Shown one piece after another: positions 9,561 to 19,434 of a stretch of 43,911 bases of DNA (within the stretch, counting starts at the first letter, position 1; the number at the start of each line of letters is the position of its first letter). The DNA lies in assembly GCA_049472315.1 (NCBI GenBank), contig JBLIRN010000023.1:1-43911 (forward strand), read 5' to 3'. Below the pieces are notes generated by a model. It did not search any database, was not told the origin of the DNA, and worked only from the letters and a program-made list of their open reading frames with translations. This DNA comes from a bacterium (GTDB lineage Bacteria; SZUA-182; DTGQ01; JAFGSM01). The position numbers were made by a program, and so were the translations under genes.

Positions 9561-10343
9561 TCAGAACGCCGGTGGTATTGTAACGGGCGAGGTATCCCAC
9601 AGCAGGTATTGACAGGTGGTAGGGCATGTTTGCCTGGTTGACGGGCATGCACCGAGACTCGAGCTCATTGTATATGAGCAGTCCGCACCGGTCGGTTGCA
9701 TGCCGCCGCCGGATCTGTTGCCGCATCCGTAAGGGATACACGTAATGAGCGTACTCCCGCATCCGGTCATGGCGCTGCACGTAAGATGGGTTTTAAGGCC
9801 CCCGTCACAGAAGAAGCCGCTGCTGCATGTGGATAGGGTTGAACGGCCGCAAAGCAGCCCCATGCTGCAGGTCATTATGGTCGAGCCCCCGGTATCGCAG
9901 AAGTCGCCGCTGGCGCATGTCATGAGGGTTGCACCACGACAGCCCATGGCGGAACTGCAGGTGCTGTAAGTAGCGCCCCAGCCGTAGGACGAACCTCCGG
10001 AACTGTTCAAGGCCGTTCTCCCCAAGCAGTTGGAAAAGGTGGGACCGCAATTCCATGTGCAGGTGGCGGCTGTTTCCCTGCTTCCCCAACAGGTCATGAT
10101 GGTTTCAAAGAGATCTGCCGGGTGGCTGATTGCTGCATCCTGAAAGGAATAGATGGCATATACGGAAGCATAATCCCCAGGGGCATAGGATACGAGAGGA
10201 ACGACATCCTGCGCCTGAGCATCAGGGACGCAGGTGGTTTGTCTTTGAAAGCCGGGGCGTGCCATGAAGAGGGTGCCCGTCGTCATAACAATGGCGATGA
10301 AAAACAGGAAGTGGTGTTTTTTGAAAGGATTCATGAGAGTCAC
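9561..10343 (-). CDS. Secreted Cys/Thr/Ser/Gly-rich repeat protein
   Basis: SD-like AAGGAAAGGG; hydrophobic N-terminus, AQA|Q site; 21 Cys, with TxxxC repeated 11 times. Start 10343 (GTG) or 10334 (ATG). Confidence 0.8.
   Translation of the reverse strand: MTLMNPFKKHHFLFFIAIVMTTGTLFMARPGFQRQTTCVPDAQAQDVVPLVSYAPGDYASVYAIYSFQDAAISHPADLFETIMTCWGSRETAATCTWNCGPTFSNCLGRTALNSSGGSSYGWGATYSTCSSAMGCRGATLMTCASGDFCDTGGSTIMTCSMGLLCGRSTLSTCSSGFFCDGGLKTHLTCSAMTGCGSTLITCIPYGCGNRSGGGMQPTGADCSYTMSSSLGACPSTRQTCPTTCQYLLWDTSPVTIPPAF
9723..9971 (-). repeat. Six tandem TxxTC-x4-5-C peptide repeats
   Basis: TYSTCSSAMGC, TLMTCASGDFC, TIMTCSMGLLC, TLSTCSSGFFC, THLTCSAMTGC, TLITCIPYGC. Confidence 0.85.
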
Positions 10344-10634
10344 CCCTTTCCTTTTGTTGTAAGGAATTTTTAGAAAAAGACCATTATTCGTGGGCCGCGG
10401 TGAAGGACTACTTTGAGCGGATCTGCATTACCAGACCATATACGAAAAAAGGTTTTTGAAGAAAGAGCACCATACCTATTTAAAATATACTATACGTAGT
10501 GAATAAATTCAATATAGTATACAATTGTTCCAAAATAAATATACTATACAAAAACCAAACAGAAGAGGGCGGCACACCACAGCGCGGAATCATATATGGG
10601 ATGAACGTCATGGAAGGTGTTGGGATGTTGGAAG

Positions 10635-10674
10635 AAAAAAGGGGACGGCGTAATGTTACGCCGCCCCCTTTTTT
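10635..10674. terminator. Bidirectional intrinsic terminator
   Basis: AAAAAAGGGG-A-CGGCGTAA-TG-TTACGCCG-C-CCCCTTTTTT. The single mismatch is a G-U pair on the minus strand; both strands have a U-tract. Confidence 0.8.
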
Positions 10675-10984
10675 GTCTGCCATTGCACCAATATCAGCGG
10701 AACCGTCATAATGTCTCGTCATTCGATTTCGTACAAACGTGATCCTGTCACCAATCGGTCGCTCGCAGTATCTCCACTGGAATGTTGCACGTCCCTGATT
10801 GAAAAGGCCCGCATGAGCAAGGCGTCACATGGACAGCAGACAGCGGTTTCTTATACATACAAAGACAGTGAGGTGCTGGTACTGATGCCGCAGTGTACTC
10901 CCAAAAGCAAGGCAACGCCATACTGGTACAATGGTAAACCGTATATATAAACGTCCATACAAGAGGACATTACGAAGGAAGCAT

Positions 10985-11199
10985 AAAAAGGGTCGAGGGT
11001 TCTCGAAGGAGCTTACAACTCGCATCCATTTCCTCTTCAAACACCACAGGGACTGAGAACCCCCGAGCCCTTCCCATCATGGACCCTTGGGGGATTCTGC
11101 CAATCTGCTCCGATTTGCGTACGCCTAAAGAACCCATCCATTCCCCTATTGACGATGGCCTATGTTATTATTGCAAAGGGTTCTCGATAATGCCCTTTG
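10985..11199 (-). ncRNA. Candidate structured non-coding RNA or leader (family not recognised)
   Basis: About 17-bp stem 11055-11072/10988-11004 (a G-U pair favours the minus strand) followed by a U-run; hairpin 11174-11199; duplicated 11-mer; no convincing ORF. Confidence 0.35.
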
Positions 11200-11316
11200 T
11201 TTCCACAACGATGCACTAATAAAGCATGTTCAATATGCACGGCAATGACAATACCGGAAAGAGAAATGGGTAATCTGTTGACTATGGTTAATTCTGTGCC
11301 GTATATATATCTAAAA

Positions 11317-11332
11317 AGCAAATGATATGCCA
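11317..11332 (-). promoter_or_regulatory. sigma54-type -24/-12 promoter
   Basis: Minus strand TGGCATATCATTTGCT = GG-N10-GC, close to the consensus TGGCAC-N5-TTGCW. Confidence 0.55.
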
Positions 11333-11488
11333 TGCGGTGGGAGGATGAAAAGAATTTATAAAATAAGTAGTTGCGTCCCTTTACAGAGAAGGGGTAGAAA
11401 AAGTGCCAAATCCGATTAGCACTTTTTGAGAGCAAAAGATGCCAACAGTGCACGTGCGGACCGCCCGATGCCCCGGGGGAATACCATT

Positions 11489-12397
11489 ATGGAACGGTTT
11501 TTGATCTGCCACCGGGGTGCCCTGGGGGATTTCATCCTCACCTGGCCGGCTGTTCATGCGCTCAGGGAAGCCCTTACCGGGATTCATTGTATGGGTATCG
11601 GCCGTCCCGACTTAATGGGCCTGGCAGTCACCCTTGGCCTGGTCGATTCCTTTGTGGATGCCGAATCATCCCGCATGGCCGGATTCTTTGCGGGCACCTG
11701 CATACCCGAAGTATTAGGTACGCCGCTTGGTGGGGTGCTCTGGCTTTCGGGAGGGAAACCTACGGCAGAGTGCCTGCAAAGGACGGCCTCCCTGCCTGTT
11801 CTCCTCATCCCTCCCTTTCCCGTTTTACCGATACACGTCAGCCTCCACCACTATCGAGCGGTGCGGGCGTGTTTTCCTGAGGTACCGATCGATATGCCGT
11901 GTCCCTATTTTCCCCTCGGAACGAAAAAAGGGGGGTATGCGGTGATACATCCGGGAAGCGGCAGTCCAAGGAAAAACTATGCCCCTTGTTTTTACCTGGA
12001 GGTGGCCCGCCTGCTGCGTCAGAGGGGATATCCCGATGTGCGGTTCATCAAAGGACCGGCTGAAGAAGAGGATCTCGTAAGGGAATTGCAGGGCGAGCGG
12101 ATCGAACGGCCTGAAAGCGCAAGCGCCTTGGCGTCCCTTCTTGCTGCTGCGTCTTTTTACTGTGGAAATGATTCGGGGGTGAGTCACCTTGCAGGCGTGC
12201 TGGGAATCCCCACCATCGCACTCTATAACACCACCGATCCAAAGGTGTGGGGCGTTTTGGGACGCAGGGTCAGAAACCTTCAGGCAGATGACGCGGATAT
12301 GGCATTGCGCATGGTGAGTCGATTGCTTGAGGGGGCGGATGGAGACAATCCGTCAGAACCGTTTCCTGGGATAAAGAATCCCGAGAAGGTTGCGTAG
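11489..12397 (+). CDS. Glycosyltransferase family 9 (heptosyltransferase-like)
   Basis: HRGALGDFIL, IHPGSGSPRK, GNDSGVSHLAGVLGIP, TDPKVW motifs; start trimmed to ATG 11489. Confidence 0.9.
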   Translation: MERFLICHRGALGDFILTWPAVHALREALTGIHCMGIGRPDLMGLAVTLGLVDSFVDAESSRMAGFFAGTCIPEVLGTPLGGVLWLSGGKPTAECLQRTASLPVLLIPPFPVLPIHVSLHHYRAVRACFPEVPIDMPCPYFPLGTKKGGYAVIHPGSGSPRKNYAPCFYLEVARLLRQRGYPDVRFIKGPAEEEDLVRELQGERIERPESASALASLLAAASFYCGNDSGVSHLAGVLGIPTIALYNTTDPKVWGVLGRRVRNLQADDADMALRMVSRLLEGADGDNPSEPFPGIKNPEKVA

Positions 12398-13111
12398 ATA
12401 CTGCTCATTACTGATATTGTCCGCCGGAAACATGACAATCGATTTGAAATAATCGGCGAGTTCATTGTACAGCCTCACCCTGCGGTCAGGCAGGAGCCGA
12501 TCCCTCCGGAGCAGTGCCTTGAGGAGCATGGCGGATTCGGCAGGGGTGATCTGCTGCCGGGCCCGGGAGATCAAATGGGGGTGGTGATAAAAGGAGTTGA
12601 ATTTATCCGGGGCGATCTGCTCGATGCGGGGAGGGGTGAAATGGCGGTCGTAGATGACAACGGTTGCGGCAAGCATGTCGCCGATGCGCTGATATTTACG
12701 AGAGAATATGCACACGGCTCCTCCCAGGAGATAGAAGAAGGGGAGGGCATCGATGATGCGGAAAAGGTTGCGCAGGACAATCTGTGCGGGTTTGAGCTGA
12801 AATCCGTCCCTGTCCACCACCCGCAGCTTGAAGAGCCTCTTGCCCGGGGTCTGTCCGCGGAATTTCCATTCGAAGGCGATGAAGTAGCTCCATCCGGTCA
12901 CCAACTCGGCGATCATGAGGAAGGCCGTGTGCAATTCAGGGTTGAACAGGGTGAGTATGCCGCTCACCCTGGTGAGGGCGCCCGCTATGACCGAGATGAA
13001 GAGGGTATCGATGAGAAGGGCGATGAACCGGGAACCGGGTCCGGCGAGCGCAAGGGAGATGCTTATCCCTTCCGGGGTGACGATGACAAATCGGTTTTCC
13101 CTGTCAGCCAC
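12353..13111 (-). CDS. RDD family protein
   Basis: TPEGI..LAGPGSRFIALLID, GQTPGKR, LRNLFRIID, QRIGDMLAATVV; last gene of the operon. Confidence 0.92.
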   Translation of the reverse strand: MADRENRFVIVTPEGISISLALAGPGSRFIALLIDTLFISVIAGALTRVSGILTLFNPELHTAFLMIAELVTGWSYFIAFEWKFRGQTPGKRLFKLRVVDRDGFQLKPAQIVLRNLFRIIDALPFFYLLGGAVCIFSRKYQRIGDMLAATVVIYDRHFTPPRIEQIAPDKFNSFYHHPHLISRARQQITPAESAMLLKALLRRDRLLPDRRVRLYNELADYFKSIVMFPADNISNEQYLRNLLGILYPRKRF

Positions 13112-14111
13112 GCTGTTCCTTTCCCCCTTCCCGCCTTCCCATGACGCCGAAATAGTACATCAGGAAAAGGATCTCGATGAGCCCGAAGAGGATCTTGAAG
13201 GAGTAGGGCACAATGGGCTGGTGGTATTGTGAAAAGAATGCCTCCACAATCCCTGCCCATACCAGAAGGGAGCTCAGGCCGAGGAACAGGGTGAGGATGT
13301 CCTTGCCTGCCATGGACAATCGGGCCATGCGGGAGTACTTCCCCCCCTTGAGCATTGATTGGGCAATGAGAAACCCTGCCTGGCCGGCGATGAGTATGGC
13401 CCATATCTCGAAGGCACCATGCGGCAGGAGCCAGCCTGCGGCAAAGGTGCCCACCCCGTATCTGAAATAGTCGATCACCACCGCCCCCAGTATGATCCCG
13501 TTGTAAAAGATAAGCACCAGGGTGCCGAGGCCGAAGGTGATACCAAGGGCCAGGGCGAGGAGGGACACCTGGATGTTATGGGTGACAAGGTACGAGGAAA
13601 AGGAGACCCTCTGATCGTCCAGGGCCTTGTTTCGTCCCTCTTCCTCCCGGAGCACCCGTTCGAATGGAGACCCCTTGAGATGGGGGAAGGAGATCAGGAT
13701 ATCCTTTGCCTGGGGGTCCAGCATGACCGCAGAGCCCCCCAGCATCCCCCCCACCAGCATCACGGCAAGGGCTAAATAGAAGAGTTTCAGATGCCTTCTG
13801 AACACGGCAGGGAAGGTGATCATGTAGAATTCCTTCACCCGCACGCGCCACGGCCTTCTCTGGGCGCTATAGATCTCCGCATATGCCCGGGAAACCAGTC
13901 CCTCCAGGTAGTCGGTGAGTTCGGATGCGGAGGAGAAGGTCTGGATGCGGTTGAGGTCCGAGGATGTCTGGTGGTAGAGGTAGTGAAACCGGTTTGTTTC
14001 ATCGAAATCGAAGGCCTGAAAGCCCCTTTGATGGACCCGATCGAGCATCGCCTCCAGCTCTTCCCAACTCGCCTTGTTCTGGGCGATGAATCGTTCAACA
14101 TCGAAGATCAT
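13104..14111 (-). CDS. Stage II sporulation protein M (SpoIIM/DUF95) family membrane protein
   Basis: THNIQVS, LIFYNGIILG, LLPHGAFEIWAILIAG, WAGIVEAFFS. Confidence 0.92.
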   Translation of the reverse strand: MIFDVERFIAQNKASWEELEAMLDRVHQRGFQAFDFDETNRFHYLYHQTSSDLNRIQTFSSASELTDYLEGLVSRAYAEIYSAQRRPWRVRVKEFYMITFPAVFRRHLKLFYLALAVMLVGGMLGGSAVMLDPQAKDILISFPHLKGSPFERVLREEEGRNKALDDQRVSFSSYLVTHNIQVSLLALALGITFGLGTLVLIFYNGIILGAVVIDYFRYGVGTFAAGWLLPHGAFEIWAILIAGQAGFLIAQSMLKGGKYSRMARLSMAGKDILTLFLGLSSLLVWAGIVEAFFSQYHQPIVPYSFKILFGLIEILFLMYYFGVMGRREGGKEQRG

Positions 14112-15427
14112 AGCATCTGTCTCCGTTTGATGGTCAGATAGTGCTCGATCACCCCGGCTGCAAATCTGTTCTGCCTGAAGCGCAGCATGTCCACATTTTG
14201 TTTCTTCAGCCTGGAGGAGAATTTCTCCTGTTCGTTGTTTGAAAGCTGGGCAGCGAGTTTCCGGTAGATCTCCGTCACCCTGTTCACCGGCTCCCCGGTG
14301 AACAGGAGATCCTGTTCATAGCCGTTAAAGGTGCACACCGTGACCAGATGGGACCTCTTGATGATGCCGACATCATTGAAAAATGTGGCGGCAAGCCCGG
14401 GGTCTTCCAGATTGGTGAAGAGCAACACCAGCGCCCTTTTACGTATACGCTGCTTGATAAAGATGAACAGGTTTTCGAAGTCGGGGGTAACCAGCTTCGA
14501 CCCAAGATCGTGGAGCTGGCTCCTGAGGGTGCCGAAATGGGCCTTCCCTTTGCCTGCAGGGCAGTATCGGGATATCTTGTCCGCGAAGGTGATCAGGCCG
14601 AGCATGTCACCCATGCGTTCACAGCATAGCTGCATGAGCAGGACGCCCTCGATGGACACATCCAGATTCGTCCGATCCCCGAAGGAGAGGTGCGAGCAAC
14701 GGGAATGATCCAGTGCAATGTAGATCTGCTGGGTGCGCTCCATCTGGAACACCTTGGTAATGGGATACCCCTTTTTTGCGGTAGCCTTCCATGCGATGTC
14801 GGCAAAATTGTCATCGGGAAGATACTCCCTCAGTTGTTCGAATTCCCTTCCATGCCCGATGATGCGCTGCGAACGCACCCCTGATTCACGCCTGAGAAAA
14901 AGGCTCGCAGCAAGACGCTGGTTGTCCAGGAAGATATTGGGATACACGCGTATCCGTTGATGGAGTGGCATGTTCCTCCTGAGATGAAAGAATCCCAGGG
15001 TGGAGCAAGCCTCCACCCGGATTTCCTCAATCTCCCATGTACCCCTTTGCGGTGATTCGAGGCTCACGGGGATGCCCATTTCCGAGTCGGCCCCGATCCG
15101 TTCCCGGATCTCATCGGGGGTGATGGACAGGCCGGGGGTGGCGTCAATGCCGATGCGCACCCACAGGGGATGCCTGGATGCATTGGCGACCACCATAGTG
15201 ATCCATTTGACCTTGTTCTGCACCAGGTATATATCGGCGGGGATCCCCACCTGCACCATATCGGGAAACCTTCGGCTCATCATCCAATCGATGCCTGCAA
15301 CACAGCATATGAGGAGCAGCCAGTTTACGGCCAGGGGGATGATCCACGGATAGATCCCTGCAAGCAGGGTGAGCGGGGCGGGAAAGGCCGCCCACAGGAT
15401 CATCCGCTTTGAGGCCACTATCCTCAT
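14108..15427 (-). CDS. DUF58 domain protein (MoxR-associated, vWA-like)
   Basis: RVYPN, GREFEQLREY..DN..IAWKATA, LDHSR, RKRALVLLFTNL; ATGA coupling to MoxR. Confidence 0.92.
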   Translation of the reverse strand: MRIVASKRMILWAAFPAPLTLLAGIYPWIIPLAVNWLLLICCVAGIDWMMSRRFPDMVQVGIPADIYLVQNKVKWITMVVANASRHPLWVRIGIDATPGLSITPDEIRERIGADSEMGIPVSLESPQRGTWEIEEIRVEACSTLGFFHLRRNMPLHQRIRVYPNIFLDNQRLAASLFLRRESGVRSQRIIGHGREFEQLREYLPDDNFADIAWKATAKKGYPITKVFQMERTQQIYIALDHSRCSHLSFGDRTNLDVSIEGVLLMQLCCERMGDMLGLITFADKISRYCPAGKGKAHFGTLRSQLHDLGSKLVTPDFENLFIFIKQRIRKRALVLLFTNLEDPGLAATFFNDVGIIKRSHLVTVCTFNGYEQDLLFTGEPVNRVTEIYRKLAAQLSNNEQEKFSSRLKKQNVDMLRFRQNRFAAGVIEHYLTIKRRQML

Positions 15428-16389
15428 CGCGGTATCTCACACTGCTTCACGATATCCTCGATCACCTCCTCGATCCTGAGCCCCTCGATTTCATATTCGG
15501 GACGAAGGATGAGGCGGTGGGACAGCACCGGCTTTATCATGTCCTTGATGTCGTCGGGGGTGACGAAGTCGCGTTCCCGCAGCACGGCGAGCACCCGTGA
15601 GGTGTGCAGCAGTGCCTGGCTCGCCCGCGGGCTTCCCCCGATCAACACGGGGGGATATTCCCTGGTCTTTCGTATCAGCCTTACGATGTACTGGATCAGT
15701 TCCTCCTCTATCGTGATCAGATTGAGGGAGGCCTTCACTGAGGAGAGTATCTCCTCATTCAGCACCTGTTCGGTCAGGACCCTGTCGAGGGCGTCCTCGG
15801 GCGCATCGTTGCTGGATATCCTGGTGATGAGGGTGATCTCATCCTGCTCCGAGGGATAATCGATGGATATCTTGATGAGGAACCGGTCCTTCATGGCCTC
15901 GGGAAGCGGATAGGTACCTTCGAACTCGATAGGATTCTGGGTGGCGAATACCGTGAAGTTGGGAGGGAGTTGGTAGGTGGTGCCGTCGATGCTCACCTGT
16001 TTTTCCTGCATCGCCTGAAGCAGGGCTGCCTGGGTCTTGGCAGGGGCGCGGTTCACCTCGTCGGCAAGGAGAAAGCAACTGAACAGCGGACCCTTGACCA
16101 GGGTGAACTCGGAGGTCTTCATGTTGAAGACGTTGCTGCCGGTGATATCCGAGGGCATCAAATCGGGGGTGAACTGGATCCGGTTGAAGCTCGTGGAGGT
16201 GATCCTGGCAATGGCCTTGACCATGAGGGTCTTGGCGATGCCCGGAACCCCCTCCAGGAGGGCATGCCCCCCTGAAAATACGGTAACCAGGGCAAGCTCG
16301 ATCACCCGCTCCTGGCCTATGATGATCCTGGCAAGATGTTCCTTGGCCTTCCGGAGGCTTTCCGTGATGACTGCTGTTTTTTCGTCCAT
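15424..16389 (-). CDS. moxR: MoxR family AAA+ ATPase
   Basis: GHALLEGVPGIAKT, RIQFTPDLMPSD, LLADEVNRAPAKTQAALL, ATQNPIE.EGTYPLPEA, GGSPRAS; start ATG 16389 with SD. Confidence 0.96.
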   Translation of the reverse strand: MDEKTAVITESLRKAKEHLARIIIGQERVIELALVTVFSGGHALLEGVPGIAKTLMVKAIARITSTSFNRIQFTPDLMPSDITGSNVFNMKTSEFTLVKGPLFSCFLLADEVNRAPAKTQAALLQAMQEKQVSIDGTTYQLPPNFTVFATQNPIEFEGTYPLPEAMKDRFLIKISIDYPSEQDEITLITRISSNDAPEDALDRVLTEQVLNEEILSSVKASLNLITIEEELIQYIVRLIRKTREYPPVLIGGSPRASQALLHTSRVLAVLRERDFVTPDDIKDMIKPVLSHRLILRPEYEIEGLRIEEVIEDIVKQCEIPR

Positions 16390-16420
16390 GGGATCTCCCT
16401 TCTTGCTCACGAAGACATGT

Positions 16421-17575
16421 TCACCTGAACCTTCTCTGTTCCTTGAGCCTTTGAGCAATATCGTTATATGCGGCAATCACCTCTTCATCCTTCTGAACAT
16501 CCTTAAGCGGCAGGTGCTCCCTCAGCCCTTCTGCCGCCTTCCGGTTCCTCTCCCTGAAAAAACGATTCGTACTTCCTTTGAGCCACTGTTCCATAGCGAT
16601 GTCGAGCAGTTGCCTCCTGGGGATGGTTTTGGTCAAAAGCTGCGTGTATCCGTCAAGTGATGAGCGGGTCCCAGTGTCAGGCGCCGATTCTCTGGGGACA
16701 GGCCGATGGAAGTGGGGAAGAAGGTGCCACAGGCCGAGCAGAAAGATGAGTGTGAGGTATCCAATGAACCAGTAGAGGTGATATTTTCTGAGGAGGAAGC
16801 TCACCCCCTTGTTGGAGAGCACGCCGTGGCGATACTCGTCCACCAGCACGTGCGTCCTTCCCCCCGTAACCCAGGAGAGAAATGCAGCCGGGGGATTTTT
16901 CGCCAGGGATTCATTGGAGATGACGTATGACTCCGATGAGATGATGATATCCCCTTTGCCGTGGCTCAGGAGGAGCACCACGTCATGTTCGCCGTTCCCC
17001 AGCACCGTCACTGCCCGCGGCCAGCCGGAGGTGAGGAATTCCTCACCGATGAGTGGGATCGAATCCGGGGAAAAATCAAATCCCGTGCCCGGGATCGCCT
17101 CACGAGTGCGAGGTTTTTCTTTTTCTTCTTTTTTTTCTTCTTCTTCCTCTGTCCCTTCGTCCTTCCCCTTATCATTTCCGGTGTTCTGTAAGCCGATGCC
17201 GGTGTGAAAGAAATCCATGAGGTAGTTGTCGTCATCCGTGGTCATAAGGACACGTCCCCCGCTCAGAATGAAACCCACAATCCGGTCTACGTCCCGGTTC
17301 GAGAAAAGGTCGAATGTCGGAAAGAGGATAAAGAGGATGGCGTTGTGCGGGTCCTTTACCTCGGGGAATTCGTCCTCGATGAGGACTTCGACCGTGCACC
17401 CGCTCTTCCTGAGCGAATCGAACAGGATGCTCGTACCCATGGGGTCATGGCGAAGGGATGAATAGCGCGGATACACATCACCCTTCTTCAGGCGCCCGTG
17501 CATGATTGAGGAGGCACTCACCAGAAAACAGAGTATGAGCAGAATCACGACGATGATGGAGATCGTGCGCCTCAT
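16421..17575 (-). CDS. DUF4350 domain membrane-anchored protein
   Basis: N-terminal TM, YSSLRHDPMGT, GGRVL, ISNESL, VLVDEYRHG, second TM; usual position before MoxR. Confidence 0.8.
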   Translation of the reverse strand: MRRTISIIVVILLILCFLVSASSIMHGRLKKGDVYPRYSSLRHDPMGTSILFDSLRKSGCTVEVLIEDEFPEVKDPHNAILFILFPTFDLFSNRDVDRIVGFILSGGRVLMTTDDDNYLMDFFHTGIGLQNTGNDKGKDEGTEEEEEKKEEKEKPRTREAIPGTGFDFSPDSIPLIGEEFLTSGWPRAVTVLGNGEHDVVLLLSHGKGDIIISSESYVISNESLAKNPPAAFLSWVTGGRTHVLVDEYRHGVLSNKGVSFLLRKYHLYWFIGYLTLIFLLGLWHLLPHFHRPVPRESAPDTGTRSSLDGYTQLLTKTIPRRQLLDIAMEQWLKGSTNRFFRERNRKAAEGLREHLPLKDVQKDEEVIAAYNDIAQRLKEQRRFR

Positions 17576-19434
17576 GTCCCCTCCATGATTCCCCGCCGAT
17601 GCCCCTCGAATCGTTCGAGGATATCAGGGGTGACCGGGTATTTGCCGTACCATGCGCGTTCGAAGATCTCTATGCAGGCGCGAAATCCCTCTGTCATCGA
17701 TGCGTTGTTGCGGGTATTCCCGCCCAGTTCGCTCAGGTAGTTATAATTCGTCTTATATCTTTCAAATACGAGGTATCCGTTCCGGTGGAAGAAGGAGAGT
17801 ACGGCCAGAAAGGCGCTGCGCAGGGCAAGGGTGAGTTCCCCCTTTTCCTTTAATTCATTGCCCAGCCGTATCCACTCGTCCTCCTCGAGTTCAGTGGCGT
17901 CGACCTCCTCCTTGGTGAGGTCGGGCACCCCTCTTTTTTTGCCCTGAATCACCGTCACCCTGTCCTTATGGTGCTGCCAGAAGAGGTAGATGATGCCGAT
18001 CAGGAAGATGATCACCGTGATGATGATCACCAGCGCCGGCCACAGATCGGACCAGTAGGTGTCAGTCGGTTCATTGAACTCCCATTTTCGTGAAAACAGC
18101 AGTTTTCTCAAGAACTTTGCGACCTTTATCAGGACCTTTTCGATGAACCTGGCAACGGGCTTCAACCACCTGCCGAGAGTCCTGAGCAGATCCCAGATCA
18201 TCCGGACTATGAAGCCCTCTTCCTTGTCCTGGGTGACCCTTTTCTCCCTGTACCGCCATCGATACCGCTCCTGCCGGGATACATCGGCTATCGTCCGGGA
18301 GAGTCGATCGATCCACGCATTGTCCCGCTGTATTCCCTTCTCGCGGTAGTGCCTGATGAAATCCAACCGTTCCCGCGCATACGCCACGTCATCCTTTCCG
18401 ATGCCTTCCTTCTCGATCAGGTCGTCGAGCCAGGTATAATCCACGCTCGACCCTTCCTCCGCCCGTTTCAACTCCCTGAGTTGCTCACGCAGGGTTTCCG
18501 CCTCCGATTCCTGTTCCTGCGCCGCCTCCGTTTTTTCATGATTTTCGGCGGCATGCAGGGGAGGGGAGAGGGGGCATACGAGGCTCAGGACAAGGAGGGC
18601 GGCCACGATTCCTCGTTTGATCCCCCGTTTTTCGGAAAGCCGTCTTTTCTCTGCCAGGATGTCATCTCCGCTGGAGCGGGATTTCATATGAAAGAAGAGC
18701 GTTACATACACTCCCTTGAGCAGGGGATCGACAATGAGGTAGCTTGTGCATGCGACGATCATGAGAAAGGTGGTGTTCACCATGGAAAACGTGGCCCTGG
18801 TGAATACGGTTTCAATGCCTAAAAGGACCTTGAGCAGGTGTGGGAAAATAAAGAACGAAGCGAGCACGTTACCGATGATCACCACGTAGAGCCCCGCGAG
18901 GAAGAGGAGTACGAGATGCTGATAGAGCCCCTCCTGGAGTGCCGACCGATAGGCCCTCTTCATGGTCCGGTATATGCCGGCACCTCGTTCTCCTGAGGTC
19001 AGGTAGAGGTATTGCGAATACATTACCGCGTATCCCAGGGGCAGGATGAAGGGCAGGCAGACAAGGAGAAGAATCAGGGCAACGGGGTGGACAAAGATGG
19101 CATTCACCGCACTATTCGCCCCCTGTGTCAGGGATGTCCCCGTTGCCTCGTCCGTCAGGCGGGAGAGCAAAACCTTGCAGTAAAGGCCCTGCCCGGTCAC
19201 CTTTATCCAGAACAACAGCGTCAGCAACAGGGCCCATCTGGACACCTCAAAGGGTCCGATCGCCTTGCCGCTCATGATACTCCAGAAGCGCATGAAGCCG
19301 ACGACAAAGGGGATGGTGCACAGGTAGTATATCCAACCGCAGGCGGGAAGGCTGGTGCGGACAAGATACAGGGACTGCTCGATGAGTTCGGTGATCCTTA
19401 CCTCGTCCCTCCAGGAATGGCTAGTCTTTTTCAA
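17572..19434 (-). CDS. Multi-pass membrane protein with C-terminal DUF4129 domain
   Basis: Several TM helices; C-terminal ALRSAFLAVL..KTNYNYLSEL..FERAWYG; TTG start. Confidence 0.85.
   Translation of the reverse strand: MKKTSHSWRDEVRITELIEQSLYLVRTSLPACGWIYYLCTIPFVVGFMRFWSIMSGKAIGPFEVSRWALLLTLLFWIKVTGQGLYCKVLLSRLTDEATGTSLTQGANSAVNAIFVHPVALILLLVCLPFILPLGYAVMYSQYLYLTSGERGAGIYRTMKRAYRSALQEGLYQHLVLLFLAGLYVVIIGNVLASFFIFPHLLKVLLGIETVFTRATFSMVNTTFLMIVACTSYLIVDPLLKGVYVTLFFHMKSRSSGDDILAEKRRLSEKRGIKRGIVAALLVLSLVCPLSPPLHAAENHEKTEAAQEQESEAETLREQLRELKRAEEGSSVDYTWLDDLIEKEGIGKDDVAYARERLDFIRHYREKGIQRDNAWIDRLSRTIADVSRQERYRWRYREKRVTQDKEEGFIVRMIWDLLRTLGRWLKPVARFIEKVLIKVAKFLRKLLFSRKWEFNEPTDTYWSDLWPALVIIITVIIFLIGIIYLFWQHHKDRVTVIQGKKRGVPDLTKEEVDATELEEDEWIRLGNELKEKGELTLALRSAFLAVLSFFHRNGYLVFERYKTNYNYLSELGGNTRNNASMTEGFRACIEIFERAWYGKYPVTPDILERFEGHRRGIMEGT

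Noticed and set aside
10974..10983. GAAGGAAGCA resembling the SRP RNA domain IV motif
   Set aside because: The partner CAGG and the enclosing helix are missing
11184..11196. 13-mer TCGATAATGCCCT shared with 34907-34919 (both in candidate RNA regions)
   Set aside because: Several 13-mer matches are expected by chance in 44 kb and the flanks do not align
17112..17150. Long pyrimidine/T tract suggesting phase variation
   Set aside because: Encodes an in-frame E/K-rich linker in the DUF4350 protein; the frame is intact
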